Of a stretch of 64,000 bases of DNA, positions 1-9,311 are shown piece after piece. Each line of letters starts with the position of its first letter. The first letter of the stretch is position 1. The notes below the pieces were generated by a model that was given only the letters and a program-made list of their open reading frames with translations, made no database searches and was not told the DNA's origin. Both the position numbers and the translations under genes were made by a program. This DNA comes from Pseudomonadota bacterium (GTDB taxonomy: Bacteria > Pseudomonadota > Alphaproteobacteria > Sphingomonadales > Sphingomonadaceae), in NCBI GenBank assembly GCA_040389765.1, contig JAZJZO010000001.1, forward strand, positions 104,669 through 168,668, written 5' to 3'.

Positions 1-142
1 ACTCTCCCCGGCTGCGATTGCTGGCAGACGGATGCGGCGCGCACAATCTTTGCTGCGCTGCAGCGCATACGAATTCGTTGCAGGGCGTGGACAGCACGCG
101 ATCGGCGATTAGTGTCGGTGCGCCAGCCGGAGGGGAACCGAC

Positions 143-1771
143 ATGAGCCTGTCAGCGCTCGATCTAACCGTCGTCGTCATTTACGCGATCGCGATCTTCA
201 GCCTCGCCCAATATGTCTCGCGCGAGAAGGCCGGGCACCAGAAGGACACCTCCGACTACTTCCTCGCGTCGAAGAACCTGCCGTGGTGGGCGATCGGCGC
301 CTCGCTCATCGCCGCCAACATCTCGGCCGAGCAGATCGTCGGCATGTCGGGCTCGGGCTATGCCATCGGGCTCGCCATCGCCTCCTACGAATGGATGGCG
401 GCGCTGACGCTGCTGATCGTCGGCAAATTCTTCCTGCCGATCTTCCTCAAGAACCACATCTACACCATGCCGCAGTTCCTCGAGCGGCGGTACGGCAAGG
501 TCCTGCCGGTGATCATGGCGGTCTTCTGGCTCGCGCTCTACGTCTTCGTGAACCTGACGTCGATCATCTGGCTCGGTTCGATCGCGGTGAACAAGGTCGC
601 CGGCATCGACCAGAATATAGCGCTGGTCATCCTCGGCGCGTTCGCTTTGCTCTACCAGCTTCGCGGCGGCCTCAAGGCCGTGGCGCTGACCGACATCGTC
701 CAGGTCACTTTGCTGGTCCTCGGCGGGCTCGTCGTCGCCTTCCTGACGCTGACGCAGATAGGGGGCGGCAGCCTGTTTGCCGGCTTCCACCGGCTGGTCA
801 CGGAAGCGCCGGACCATTTCCACATGATCCTGCAGAAGGGCGACCCGCACTACATCGACCTTCCGGGCCTCAGCGTACTGGTGGGCGGCATGTGGATCGC
901 CAACATCGCTTACTGGGGCTTCAACCAGTATATCATTCAGCGCGCGCTTGCCGCCAAGAGCCTCGACGAGGCGCAAAAGGGCGTGATCTTCGCCGCCTTC
1001 CTCAAATTGCTAATGCCGGTGATCATCGTCCTTCCGGGCATTGCCGCGGTCATCCTCGCTCCCGGCCTTGCCAAGCCGGACGAAGCCTATCCAACGATGA
1101 TGCGGCTGCTTCCGCCGGGTCTTCTCGGCCTGGTGTTCGCCGCCCTGATTGCGGCCGTGATTGCCTCGACCGCGTCCAAGATCAATTCGATCGCGACCAT
1201 CTTCACGCTCGACCTCTACGCCAAGTTCCGGGGCGAGCGGACGAAAGCCGAGGACAACCGCGCCGAAAGCCAGGCGGAGGAAAGGCACCTCGTCCTGGTC
1301 GGGCGGATTACCGCCGCTGCCGCGATCATCATCGCCATCCTCGTCGCCCGGCCTTTGGTCGGGAGCTCCGAACAGGCGTTCCAGTTCATCCAGGAATTCA
1401 GCGGCTTCTTCACGCCGGGAATCACCGTCATCTTCCTCCTCGGCCTGTTCTGGAAGCGAGCGACCGAATGGGGCGCGATCGTCGCCGCAGTCACTTCGGT
1501 CGCGCTGTCGACATTGATGAAATACACGCTTCCGACCGCCGCTTTCTCGCAGGGCGTGAACGATTACCTCACGCCATTCATCAACCGCATGGGCGTGGTG
1601 TTCCTGGTTTCGCTGGCGCTGGCGGTGATGGTATCTCTGGCCACCAAGCGGCGGCCGGGGGTCGACACGATCGACACGGTCGGAGTGCGCTACAAGACGA
1701 GCACCGGTTTCAATGCCGGCGCGCTGGGCGTGATCCTAATCCTCGTCGCGCTTTACGCGACCTGGTGGTGA
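143..1771 (+). CDS. Sodium:solute symporter (SSF/SGLT-type), probable inner-membrane sugar transporter
   Basis: 542-aa ORF that is hydrophobic throughout. It carries SSF-like motifs (GASLIAANISAEQIVGMSGSGY, WGFNQYIIQRALAAKS). It sits next to a LacI regulator and alpha-glucan hydrolases. Confidence 0.85.
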   Translation: MSLSALDLTVVVIYAIAIFSLAQYVSREKAGHQKDTSDYFLASKNLPWWAIGASLIAANISAEQIVGMSGSGYAIGLAIASYEWMAALTLLIVGKFFLPIFLKNHIYTMPQFLERRYGKVLPVIMAVFWLALYVFVNLTSIIWLGSIAVNKVAGIDQNIALVILGAFALLYQLRGGLKAVALTDIVQVTLLVLGGLVVAFLTLTQIGGGSLFAGFHRLVTEAPDHFHMILQKGDPHYIDLPGLSVLVGGMWIANIAYWGFNQYIIQRALAAKSLDEAQKGVIFAAFLKLLMPVIIVLPGIAAVILAPGLAKPDEAYPTMMRLLPPGLLGLVFAALIAAVIASTASKINSIATIFTLDLYAKFRGERTKAEDNRAESQAEERHLVLVGRITAAAAIIIAILVARPLVGSSEQAFQFIQEFSGFFTPGITVIFLLGLFWKRATEWGAIVAAVTSVALSTLMKYTLPTAAFSQGVNDYLTPFINRMGVVFLVSLALAVMVSLATKRRPGVDTIDTVGVRYKTSTGFNAGALGVILILVALYATWW

Positions 1772-2788
1772 TCAGCCGCTCGACTGGCGAACGGTCAGCT
1801 TGACCGGGAGCACGCGGTTGGGCGGGGAGCCGCCCTCGATCGCCATGATCAGCGTGTCGATCAGCGCTTCGGCGGCCTGGCGCGGGTCCTGCGCGACCGT
1901 CGTCAGCGGCGGGCTCGACAGGCTGGCCGCGGGAATATCGTCAAAGCCGACCACCGCGACCTCGGGAACGCCGCGGCCGATCGCCTGCAGCGCATGCATC
2001 GCGCCGATCGCGGCGACATCGCTGACCGCGAAGATGGCGTCGAACTCGGTGCCCCGCTCGAGCAGCTTCTCCAGCGCCTCGCGCCCTTCCCGCTCGCTCG
2101 GGCCGGAATCGACGCGCAAGCTATCGTCGGGCTCGATCCGGGCGGCGCGAAGCGCCCGGCAATAGCCGCGCCATCGTTCGAGGAATTCGGGGCACCCAGG
2201 GTCGGCCGAGCCGATGAAGGCGATCTTGCGGCGGCCCTTCGACAGCAGGTGGCTGGTGGCGTCGAACCCGCCCTGGTCATTGTCCGAAGAGACGGTGGTG
2301 CCGATCTGGCTCTCGTCGCCCGAGCCCCACCGCACGAAATGGGTGCCGCGCGCGATCAGTTTCTCGAGCTTGGGCAGATATTCGATATAATCGCCGTAGC
2401 CGAGCAGGATGATGCCGTCCGCCTTGCGGCTGTCCTCATAATCGACGTGCCAGTCGGAGGAGAGCTGCTGGATCGAGATCAGCAAATCGTAGCCGCATTC
2501 GGCGCAATGTTTCACCATCGGCCCAAGCAGCGAGAGATAGAGCGGATTGAGCTCCGCGCCTTCGGGCAGTTCCTCGTCGAAGAACAGCACGGCCAGCGTC
2601 CGCGATTGCTGCCGGCGCAGGCCCGAGGCGTTCTTGTTGACCTTGTAATGCAGCTCTTCCGCAGCCGCGAGCACGCGTGCCCGCGTGGCCTCGCTCACCG
2701 ACGGGCTGCCGCTCAGGGCTCGCGAGACGGTCGGTTGAGAGACCCCGGCAAGCGCCGCAATATCGAAAGAGGTTGGCCCCCTCTGCAT
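1772..2788 (-). CDS. LacI-family transcriptional regulator
   Basis: The N-terminal HTH (TSFDIAALAGVSQPTVSRALSG) is followed by a periplasmic-binding-protein-like sugar-binding fold (AVSDVAAIGA, VVGFDDIP). It is convergent with the SSF gene and abuts it: the two stop codons form TGATCA at 1769-1774. Confidence 0.9.
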   Translation of the reverse strand: MQRGPTSFDIAALAGVSQPTVSRALSGSPSVSEATRARVLAAAEELHYKVNKNASGLRRQQSRTLAVLFFDEELPEGAELNPLYLSLLGPMVKHCAECGYDLLISIQQLSSDWHVDYEDSRKADGIILLGYGDYIEYLPKLEKLIARGTHFVRWGSGDESQIGTTVSSDNDQGGFDATSHLLSKGRRKIAFIGSADPGCPEFLERWRGYCRALRAARIEPDDSLRVDSGPSEREGREALEKLLERGTEFDAIFAVSDVAAIGAMHALQAIGRGVPEVAVVGFDDIPAASLSSPPLTTVAQDPRQAAEALIDTLIMAIEGGSPPNRVLPVKLTVRQSSG

Positions 2789-2941
2789 GGGGCAAACTTA
2801 GTCCCTTCTGAATACGTATGTATAGGTGATTGTGACAGTTTCCCTTCCGGCGAGGTCTGATATTCCTAGGGCTTGGGGAGAGGGGAAACCCTCTGTTGCA
2901 CGGCGCCTGCAGTTTTGAGCGGGCACAGGGGGGATTGATCC

Positions 2942-5905
2942 ATGACCAACGCATCTTCACGTTCGCGCCTGATTGCGGCGACGAGCCCGCTCGCGCTCGG
3001 CCTGATGCTCGCTTCGCAGCCGGCCTTTGCGGCCGACAAGCCGCTGGTAGTCACCGGCGCGGAAACGGCCGCCGTTGCGGCGCAGGATACCGCGGCGCCA
3101 GCGCCCACCTCCGCCAATCCGAACGATACAAAGGCGGAGGGTGACATTGTCGTCACCGGCTTCCGCGCCGCCCTGCGCAGCGCGACGTCGACCAAGAAGC
3201 GCCAGGACCAGATAGTCGAGGCGGTGAACGCCGAGGATATCGGCAAGCTTCCCGACAACTCTATCGCCGAATCGATCGCGCGCCTCCCGGGCGTCGCGGC
3301 GCAGCGCATCCAGGGCCGCGCCAACGTCATTTCCGTCCGTGGTTTCGGACCGGACTTCTCGGTCACGACGCTCAATGGTCGCGAACAAACGACGACCAAC
3401 GACAGCCGCGCCGTCGAGTTCGATCAATTCCCCTCGGAAGTCATCAGCCAGGTGCTGATCTACAAGAGCCCGGCGGCCAACCTCATCCCGCAGGGCCTCG
3501 TCGGCACGATCGACCTTCGCACCATTCGTCCCCTCGATGCGGGGAAGCGCGTCATCGCGGTCGGCGCCCGTGGCACCTATATCGACCAGAAGCTGATGCC
3601 CGATGCGCAAGACAAGGGCTTTCGCGTCTTCGGGACCTATGTCGACCAGCTTGCGAACGGCACGCTCGGCGTGGCCCTCTCCGCGACCTACACCAGCGAG
3701 CCGTATCAGACGGCGGACTGGCAGGCCTGGGATTACAGCCCCGTCAGCAACGCGCCGGGCGCGCCCTACAAGATCAACGGCAACAAGATGTGGTACGAGG
3801 CGAGCACGCTTAAGCGTCTTGGCCTGAACGCCACGGTCCAGGCGCGCGTCAGCGACAATCTGACGATGACGTGGGACGGCTTCTACTCGAAGTTCAAGGA
3901 CTATGTGAACCAGCGTGGCGTCGAGTGGCAGGGCTATAACTTCACGCCGGGTGAAGCGAGCAACGGCCTGGTCCGCACCGGTACCTTCACCAACGTCGTT
4001 CCGATCGTCGAAGCCTATACCAACGACCGCGACGCCGACCTCTACTCCGTCGGCTGGAACACCAAGTATGACGGTCACAATGGCTGGAATGGCTTCATCG
4101 ACCTGAGCTGGTCGCGGACCGATCGCACCGACCGCAACCTGCAGACCACCGCCGGCACGGGCTTCAACCGCACCGGTCCCGGGAGCACGATCGGCTTTAC
4201 CTGGACCGATCAGGGCCCCGAATTCAACACCAGCGGCGGCGTCAATTACGCCGACCCGAACCAGATCGTCCTGACCGATAGCCAGGGCTGGGGCTGGACC
4301 CGGGTGCAGGCCGGTTACGACAACCTGCGCAAGACCAAGGACGACATCAAGCAGGCGCGCGCCGAGATCGAGCGCGAGCTCGGCATGGGCTTCCTCAACA
4401 CGGTCAAGGTCGGCGTCAATTACACCGACCGGTCCAAGGACCTGATCGCGGACGAAGCCTATCTCGTCCCCGGCGGCACCGGCACCTGCGTCGTGCCTGC
4501 CGGCAACACGGTGAACACGCCTTGCAGCGTTCAAATCTCACCCGAATATATCGTCGGTACCGCCGACTTCATGCGCGGCTTCGGCCCGCTCCTGATGTAC
4601 GACGTGCGCGGCATCGTGAACGATGGCGTCCTCGCCCGCGAGCCTGCACCCTGGGGCCTCGACAAGGGCTACAAGGTCACCGAGAGGGTCCTCACGCCGT
4701 ACCTGATGGCCACGCTGGCCGGGCGTCTCGGCTCAAGCGAGATCACCGGCAACGTCGGCGTCCAGGCGGTTCATACCGACCAGTCGTCGAGCGGCATCAC
4801 CCATCCGGCTGGCTCCCCTGCGGCGTACGTCACGGTCGGCATCAAATATTGGGACATCCTGCCGAGCCTCAACCTTGCCGTCCGCACGCCGAGCGACTTT
4901 GTGTTCCGCTTCGCCGCGGCCGAAGAAATGATGCGTCCCCGCCTTCCCGACCTGAATACGGTCATCGGCTACGGTCCAGACCCGGCCCACGGCTTTGTCA
5001 TCTACGGAAGCGGCGGCAACCCGTACCTCAGGCCGTACAAGGCCAAGGCGCTCGACTTCAACATCGAGAAGTACTTCGGCACGCGCGGCTATGCGGCGAT
5101 CCAGACCTTCTACAAACACCTCGATCGTTACATCGTGAGCGGCCAGATTCCGTACGATTATTCGGGCTTCCCGATCGATTCCTTCAACCCGCCGCCGCCT
5201 TCGCCGATGGGCTTCCTCAACACCCAGGTGAACGCCAAAGGCGGTGAGATGTATGGCGTCGAACTGGCCGGCACGCTTCCGTTCGAAGTGCTGATCCCCG
5301 CGCTAAGCGGCTTCGGGCTGACCGGCGGCGCGAGCTACACCGAAACTCACGTCAAGGACTTCGTCGGCAACGAATCGGTCATTCCGGGCTACTCGAAGTT
5401 CGTCGGCAACCTGACGGCCTTCTATGAAAACCACGGCTTCAACCTCCGTGGCAGCGTTCGTCACCGGTCGAGCTTCCTGGGCGATTTCCGTGCCTTCGAC
5501 GGCAATCCCCAACGCCAGACCGTACTTGCCGAAACCGTCTACGACGCGCAGGTCGGCTATGACTTCCCCGATTCCTCGATGCTTCGCGGCCTTTCGGTCT
5601 ACCTCCAGGGGCAGAACCTCACGAACGAGCGCCAGGCGACGATCCAGGACAATGCGTCGACCGATCAGACGGCGTTCCTCAAGTGGCAGACCTTCGGACG
5701 CCGGTTCGTTGCAGGCTTTACCTACAAGTTCGCTGCGCCGACGCCTCCGCCGCCGCTGCCGCCGGTGGCCGCTCCGCCCCCGCCCGTGGAAACGCAGACC
5801 TGCGCTGACGGCTCGGTGATTCCGGCGGGCGCAGCCTGCCCGGTTCCGCCTCCCCCGCCGCCGCCGCCGCCCGCGCCGGTCGAGCGCGGTGAACGCGGCG
5901 AGTAA
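2942..5905 (+). CDS. TonB-dependent outer-membrane receptor with an atypical 57-aa proline-rich C-terminal tail
   Basis: Signal peptide (LGLMLASQPAFAADKP). Plug-domain motifs are present (IVVTGFR, IAESIARLPGV, ISVRGFG, TLNGRE). The long beta-barrel ends in the beta-signal GFTYKF, which is followed by a Pro-rich extension. Confidence 0.9.
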   Translation: MTNASSRSRLIAATSPLALGLMLASQPAFAADKPLVVTGAETAAVAAQDTAAPAPTSANPNDTKAEGDIVVTGFRAALRSATSTKKRQDQIVEAVNAEDIGKLPDNSIAESIARLPGVAAQRIQGRANVISVRGFGPDFSVTTLNGREQTTTNDSRAVEFDQFPSEVISQVLIYKSPAANLIPQGLVGTIDLRTIRPLDAGKRVIAVGARGTYIDQKLMPDAQDKGFRVFGTYVDQLANGTLGVALSATYTSEPYQTADWQAWDYSPVSNAPGAPYKINGNKMWYEASTLKRLGLNATVQARVSDNLTMTWDGFYSKFKDYVNQRGVEWQGYNFTPGEASNGLVRTGTFTNVVPIVEAYTNDRDADLYSVGWNTKYDGHNGWNGFIDLSWSRTDRTDRNLQTTAGTGFNRTGPGSTIGFTWTDQGPEFNTSGGVNYADPNQIVLTDSQGWGWTRVQAGYDNLRKTKDDIKQARAEIERELGMGFLNTVKVGVNYTDRSKDLIADEAYLVPGGTGTCVVPAGNTVNTPCSVQISPEYIVGTADFMRGFGPLLMYDVRGIVNDGVLAREPAPWGLDKGYKVTERVLTPYLMATLAGRLGSSEITGNVGVQAVHTDQSSSGITHPAGSPAAYVTVGIKYWDILPSLNLAVRTPSDFVFRFAAAEEMMRPRLPDLNTVIGYGPDPAHGFVIYGSGGNPYLRPYKAKALDFNIEKYFGTRGYAAIQTFYKHLDRYIVSGQIPYDYSGFPIDSFNPPPPSPMGFLNTQVNAKGGEMYGVELAGTLPFEVLIPALSGFGLTGGASYTETHVKDFVGNESVIPGYSKFVGNLTAFYENHGFNLRGSVRHRSSFLGDFRAFDGNPQRQTVLAETVYDAQVGYDFPDSSMLRGLSVYLQGQNLTNERQATIQDNASTDQTAFLKWQTFGRRFVAGFTYKFAAPTPPPPLPPVAAPPPPVETQTCADGSVIPAGAACPVPPPPPPPPPAPVERGERGE

Positions 5906-5913
5906 GTCGAAGC

Positions 5914-5948
5914 AAAGCCCGGCCGCGACCCGGCCGGGCTTTACTTCA
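5914..5948 (+). terminator. Rho-independent terminator after the TonB-dependent receptor gene
   Basis: A perfect 10-11 bp GC-rich stem, AAAGCCCGGCC (5914-5924) pairing with GGCCGGGCTTT (5932-5942), has a 7-nt loop and is followed by a T-rich stretch. Confidence 0.6.
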
Positions 5949-6006
5949 ACGAAGGCGTGCTGATCCTGGCCCTGGGATCGTCATCGGACGCGGTTTAGGT
6001 AGGCGG

Positions 6007-7536
6007 ATGACTTCCCAACCTCCTCTTGCGATCGTCATTGCTGGCGGCGGTTCGGCCGGCTGGATGGCCGCGGCCGTGCTTTCCCGTTTTCTCGGGGACG
6101 CCGCGCGGATCACGCTGGTTGAATCGGAGGCGATCGGGACGGTCGGCGTCGGCGAAGCAACCATCCCACAAATCCATCATTTCAATAACGCGCTTGGCAT
6201 TCAGGAGCCGGTCTTCCTCAAGGAGACCAACGCCACCTTCAAGCTCGGCATCGACTTCGTCGGTTGGCGCGATCCCGATCACCGCTACATGCACGGGTTC
6301 GGATTGCTCGGCCGGGCGGTGGGCATCCTCCCTTTCCGCGACCTGTGGCTCGGCGCCCGCTTTGCCGGCAAGGCCGACGAGCTCGGCAAGTACAACTTCA
6401 ACGAGGTCGCGGCGCGCGCCAATCGCATGATCGGCCTCGGCCATGCGCCGAGCTCGGTGCGCGACCTGGTCTATGCCTATCATTTCGATGCGAGCCTTTA
6501 TGCGGCGTTCCTGCGCCGAGTGTCGGAAGCCAATGGCGTCACCCGCCTCGAAGGCATGATCGAAGAGGTCGAACGCGACGGCGAAACCGGCAACATCTCG
6601 GCGCTCGCGCTCAATGGCGAGCGCCGTATCCAAGGCGATTTCTTCATCGATTGCACCGGTTTTCGCGCGGTGCTGCTGGGACAGGCTCTGGGCGTACCGT
6701 TCGAAGACTGGTCCAACTGGCTGCCGTGCGATCGAGCGCTGGCGGTCCCGTGCGACCGGGTCGACGGCCCTCTTCGGCCCTATACTGCCTCGATCGCGCG
6801 GGCGGCGGGCTGGCAATGGCGCATTCCGCTCCAGCACCGGACCGGCAACGGCCTCGTCTACTCGAGCGCGCATATCGGCGATGACGAAGCCGCCGAGCTG
6901 TTGCTTGGCAACCTCGACGCTCCGGCCCAGGCCGATCCGCGGCCGATCCGCTTCACCACCGGCCGCCGCAGGGAGGCCTGGTCTCACAATTGCCTTGCGC
7001 TTGGCCTCGCCGCCGGCTTCCTGGAGCCGCTGGAATCGACCAGTCTCCACCTCGTCCAGACGGCAATTTCCCGGTTCATGAAGTTCATTCCGGCTACGCC
7101 GGCCGAGACGCAGGGGCGTGAAATCTTCAACCGCCAGGTCGCCACCGAGTGGCAGCAGATCCGCGACTTCCTGATCCTACACTACACCGCCAACGGCCGT
7201 CACGGGGAGGCGTTCTGGGATTACCTCCGGTCGATGCCCCTGCCCGATACTCTGGTCGAGAAAATCCGCTTGTTCGAGGAGTCCGGCGCGGTCGTCAAAG
7301 AGGAAGGCGAGCTCTTCACCGAAGAAGGCTGGACCCAGGTCATGGTTGGCCAGGGCATCGAGCCGCGGTCGCACACCCCGCTGACGGCGGGCATCGACGC
7401 TGCCGAACTGGGCGATTTCCTCAACAGCCTCGAGAAGGCCTATGAGCAACGGGCGCAGTCGCTCCCCCGTCACGAGGAATGGCTCGCGCATGTGATGGCG
7501 GGTCAAGCCGCGGCTTTTGCGGAGACCAGTCAATGA
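6007..7536 (+). CDS. Tryptophan-halogenase-family FAD-dependent protein (function unknown in this context)
   Basis: N-terminal GxGxxG (IVIAGGGSAGWMAA). Flavin-halogenase-family motifs follow (GVGEATIP, GWQWRIPLQHRTGNGLVYS, GLAAGFLEPLESTS). Its stop overlaps the next start as ATGA at 7533-7536. Confidence 0.85.
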   Translation: MTSQPPLAIVIAGGGSAGWMAAAVLSRFLGDAARITLVESEAIGTVGVGEATIPQIHHFNNALGIQEPVFLKETNATFKLGIDFVGWRDPDHRYMHGFGLLGRAVGILPFRDLWLGARFAGKADELGKYNFNEVAARANRMIGLGHAPSSVRDLVYAYHFDASLYAAFLRRVSEANGVTRLEGMIEEVERDGETGNISALALNGERRIQGDFFIDCTGFRAVLLGQALGVPFEDWSNWLPCDRALAVPCDRVDGPLRPYTASIARAAGWQWRIPLQHRTGNGLVYSSAHIGDDEAAELLLGNLDAPAQADPRPIRFTTGRRREAWSHNCLALGLAAGFLEPLESTSLHLVQTAISRFMKFIPATPAETQGREIFNRQVATEWQQIRDFLILHYTANGRHGEAFWDYLRSMPLPDTLVEKIRLFEESGAVVKEEGELFTEEGWTQVMVGQGIEPRSHTPLTAGIDAAELGDFLNSLEKAYEQRAQSLPRHEEWLAHVMAGQAAAFAETSQ

Positions 7537-9311
7537 AGCTTGCCCTGCTTGCCGGCCTGATCGCGATGAGCGCACCGCTCGGCGCAGCGCCCGACTATCG
7601 CCAGCGCCTGCCCGAGGATGAGGTCATCTATTTCGTCCTTCCCGACCGGTTCGAGAATGGCGATCCGTCGAACGACCGCGGCGGGCTATCCGGCGACCGG
7701 CTGGCGACCGGCTTCGATCCCGCGGCCAAGGGTTTCTACCACGGCGGCGACTTCAAGGGGCTAATGAAGCGCCTCGACTACATACAGGGCCTGGGTGCGA
7801 CGGCGCTGTGGATGGCGCCGGTGTTCAAGAACAAGCCGGTGCAGGGCCCGCCGGGTCAGGAAAGCGCCGGATACCACGGCTATTGGATCACCGATTTCAA
7901 CCACGTCGACCCGCATCTCGGGACCGACGCCGATTACCGGGCGCTGGTCGATGCGGCGCACAAGCGCGGCATGAAGGTCTACATGGACATCGTCGCCAAC
8001 CATACGGCGGATGTGTTCTATCCCGCCGAATGCGCCGGCCAGGGCCAGTGCACTTACCGCAGCATCGCCGATTATCCCTACCAGCGGCGCGGCGGCGTTG
8101 CGGGCGCCGCCATCAATCCCGGCTTCGACGGCAGCAACTTCGCGAAGCTCAAGGACCCCAATTTCGCCTACACGATGAAAGTCCGGCCGGAAGAGAAAGA
8201 CGTGAAGCGCCCGGCCTGGCTCAACGACCCGATCTATTACCACAACCGCGGCGACAGCACCTTCCGCGGCGAATCCAGCACCATGGGAGACTTCGTCGGG
8301 CTCGACGATCTGTTCACGGAGAATCCGCGCGTCGTTGCGGGCATGATCGACATCTATTGCGGCTGGATCAACCGCTTCGGCGTCGACGGATTCCGCATCG
8401 ACACCGCGCAGCACGTCAATCCGGAATTCTGGCAGAAGTTCGTACCGGCAATCCAGGCCTGCGCGCAAAAGAAAGGCATCCCGAACTTCCATATTTTCGG
8501 CGAAGTCGCGACGTCGGACATGGATCCCGCGCACACGGCCGTGAACACCCGCGTCGACAAGCTGCCGAGCGTCCTCGACTTTTCCTTCACCCGCGCAGTC
8601 GTGGACGTCGTGGCGGGCGGCGCGGGCACCGACGAGCTTGCCAAGCTGTTCCGCGCCGACCCCTTGTACGAAGGCGGCGCCAGGGCGGCGCTTCGGCTGC
8701 CCACCTTCCTCGGCAACCACGACGCCGGCCGCTTCGGCATGTTCCTGCGCAAGGGCCTGCCCAAGGCGTCAGCCGACGAGATTTTGCGCCGCGACATGCT
8801 TGGCCACGCCATGCTGCTGACGCTGCGCGGCGTCCCGACCATTTATTCCGGCGACGAGCAGGGGTTTGCCGGCAAGGGCGGCGACCAGGACTCGCGCCAG
8901 GACCTGTTTGCGTCGCAGACCGCCACCTACAACGAAGATTCGCTGATCGGCAGCAACGCGACCACCGCGCAGGACAATTTCAAGCCCGACCATCCGCTCT
9001 ACCGGCTGATCGGCGAGCTCTCGAAGCTTCGCACGAGCCACAAGGCGCTGACTCGCGGGCAACAACTCGTCCGTTATGCGCAGGACAAGCCGGGGCTGTT
9101 CGCAGTCTCGCGCTTCGACCCGGCCAACGGGCGCGAAATGCTGCTGATGTTCAATACCTCGGACGTGCCGCTTCGGCAGAACGTGCGCGTGGAAACCCGC
9201 TCGAGCGAGTTCCAGGCGCTCTACGGCACCTGCCCGCTCAAGGCGTCGGCGCCGGGTACCGTCACTATCGAGCTGCCGGCGCTCGGCTTTGCGGTGTGCT
9301 ATGCTCGCTGA
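7533..9311 (+). CDS. Secreted GH13 alpha-amylase-family glycoside hydrolase
   Basis: An internal ATG at 7533 gives a signal peptide (MKLALLAGLIAMSAPLGAAP). GH13 conserved regions are present (DIVANHTA, GFRIDTAQHV, FGEV, FLGNHD). Confidence 0.85.
   Translation: MKLALLAGLIAMSAPLGAAPDYRQRLPEDEVIYFVLPDRFENGDPSNDRGGLSGDRLATGFDPAAKGFYHGGDFKGLMKRLDYIQGLGATALWMAPVFKNKPVQGPPGQESAGYHGYWITDFNHVDPHLGTDADYRALVDAAHKRGMKVYMDIVANHTADVFYPAECAGQGQCTYRSIADYPYQRRGGVAGAAINPGFDGSNFAKLKDPNFAYTMKVRPEEKDVKRPAWLNDPIYYHNRGDSTFRGESSTMGDFVGLDDLFTENPRVVAGMIDIYCGWINRFGVDGFRIDTAQHVNPEFWQKFVPAIQACAQKKGIPNFHIFGEVATSDMDPAHTAVNTRVDKLPSVLDFSFTRAVVDVVAGGAGTDELAKLFRADPLYEGGARAALRLPTFLGNHDAGRFGMFLRKGLPKASADEILRRDMLGHAMLLTLRGVPTIYSGDEQGFAGKGGDQDSRQDLFASQTATYNEDSLIGSNATTAQDNFKPDHPLYRLIGELSKLRTSHKALTRGQQLVRYAQDKPGLFAVSRFDPANGREMLLMFNTSDVPLRQNVRVETRSSEFQALYGTCPLKASAPGTVTIELPALGFAVCYAR

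Noticed and set aside
1769-1774. TGATCA junction where the SSF and LacI stop codons abut with zero intergenic distance
   Set aside because: It is a real observation, but most simply a coincidence of compact convergent genes. There is no room for, or evidence of, a functional element.
112-1803. 563-aa alternative-frame ORF overlapping the SSF transporter gene on the same strand
   Set aside because: The product is Arg/Pro/Gly-rich and non-membrane-like. The 143-1771 frame gives a coherent multi-TM SSF protein.
2957-4534. 525-aa ORF antisense to the TonB-dependent receptor gene
   Set aside because: The same reasoning applies. The receptor frame has a signal peptide, plug and barrel motifs, while the antisense product is low-complexity.
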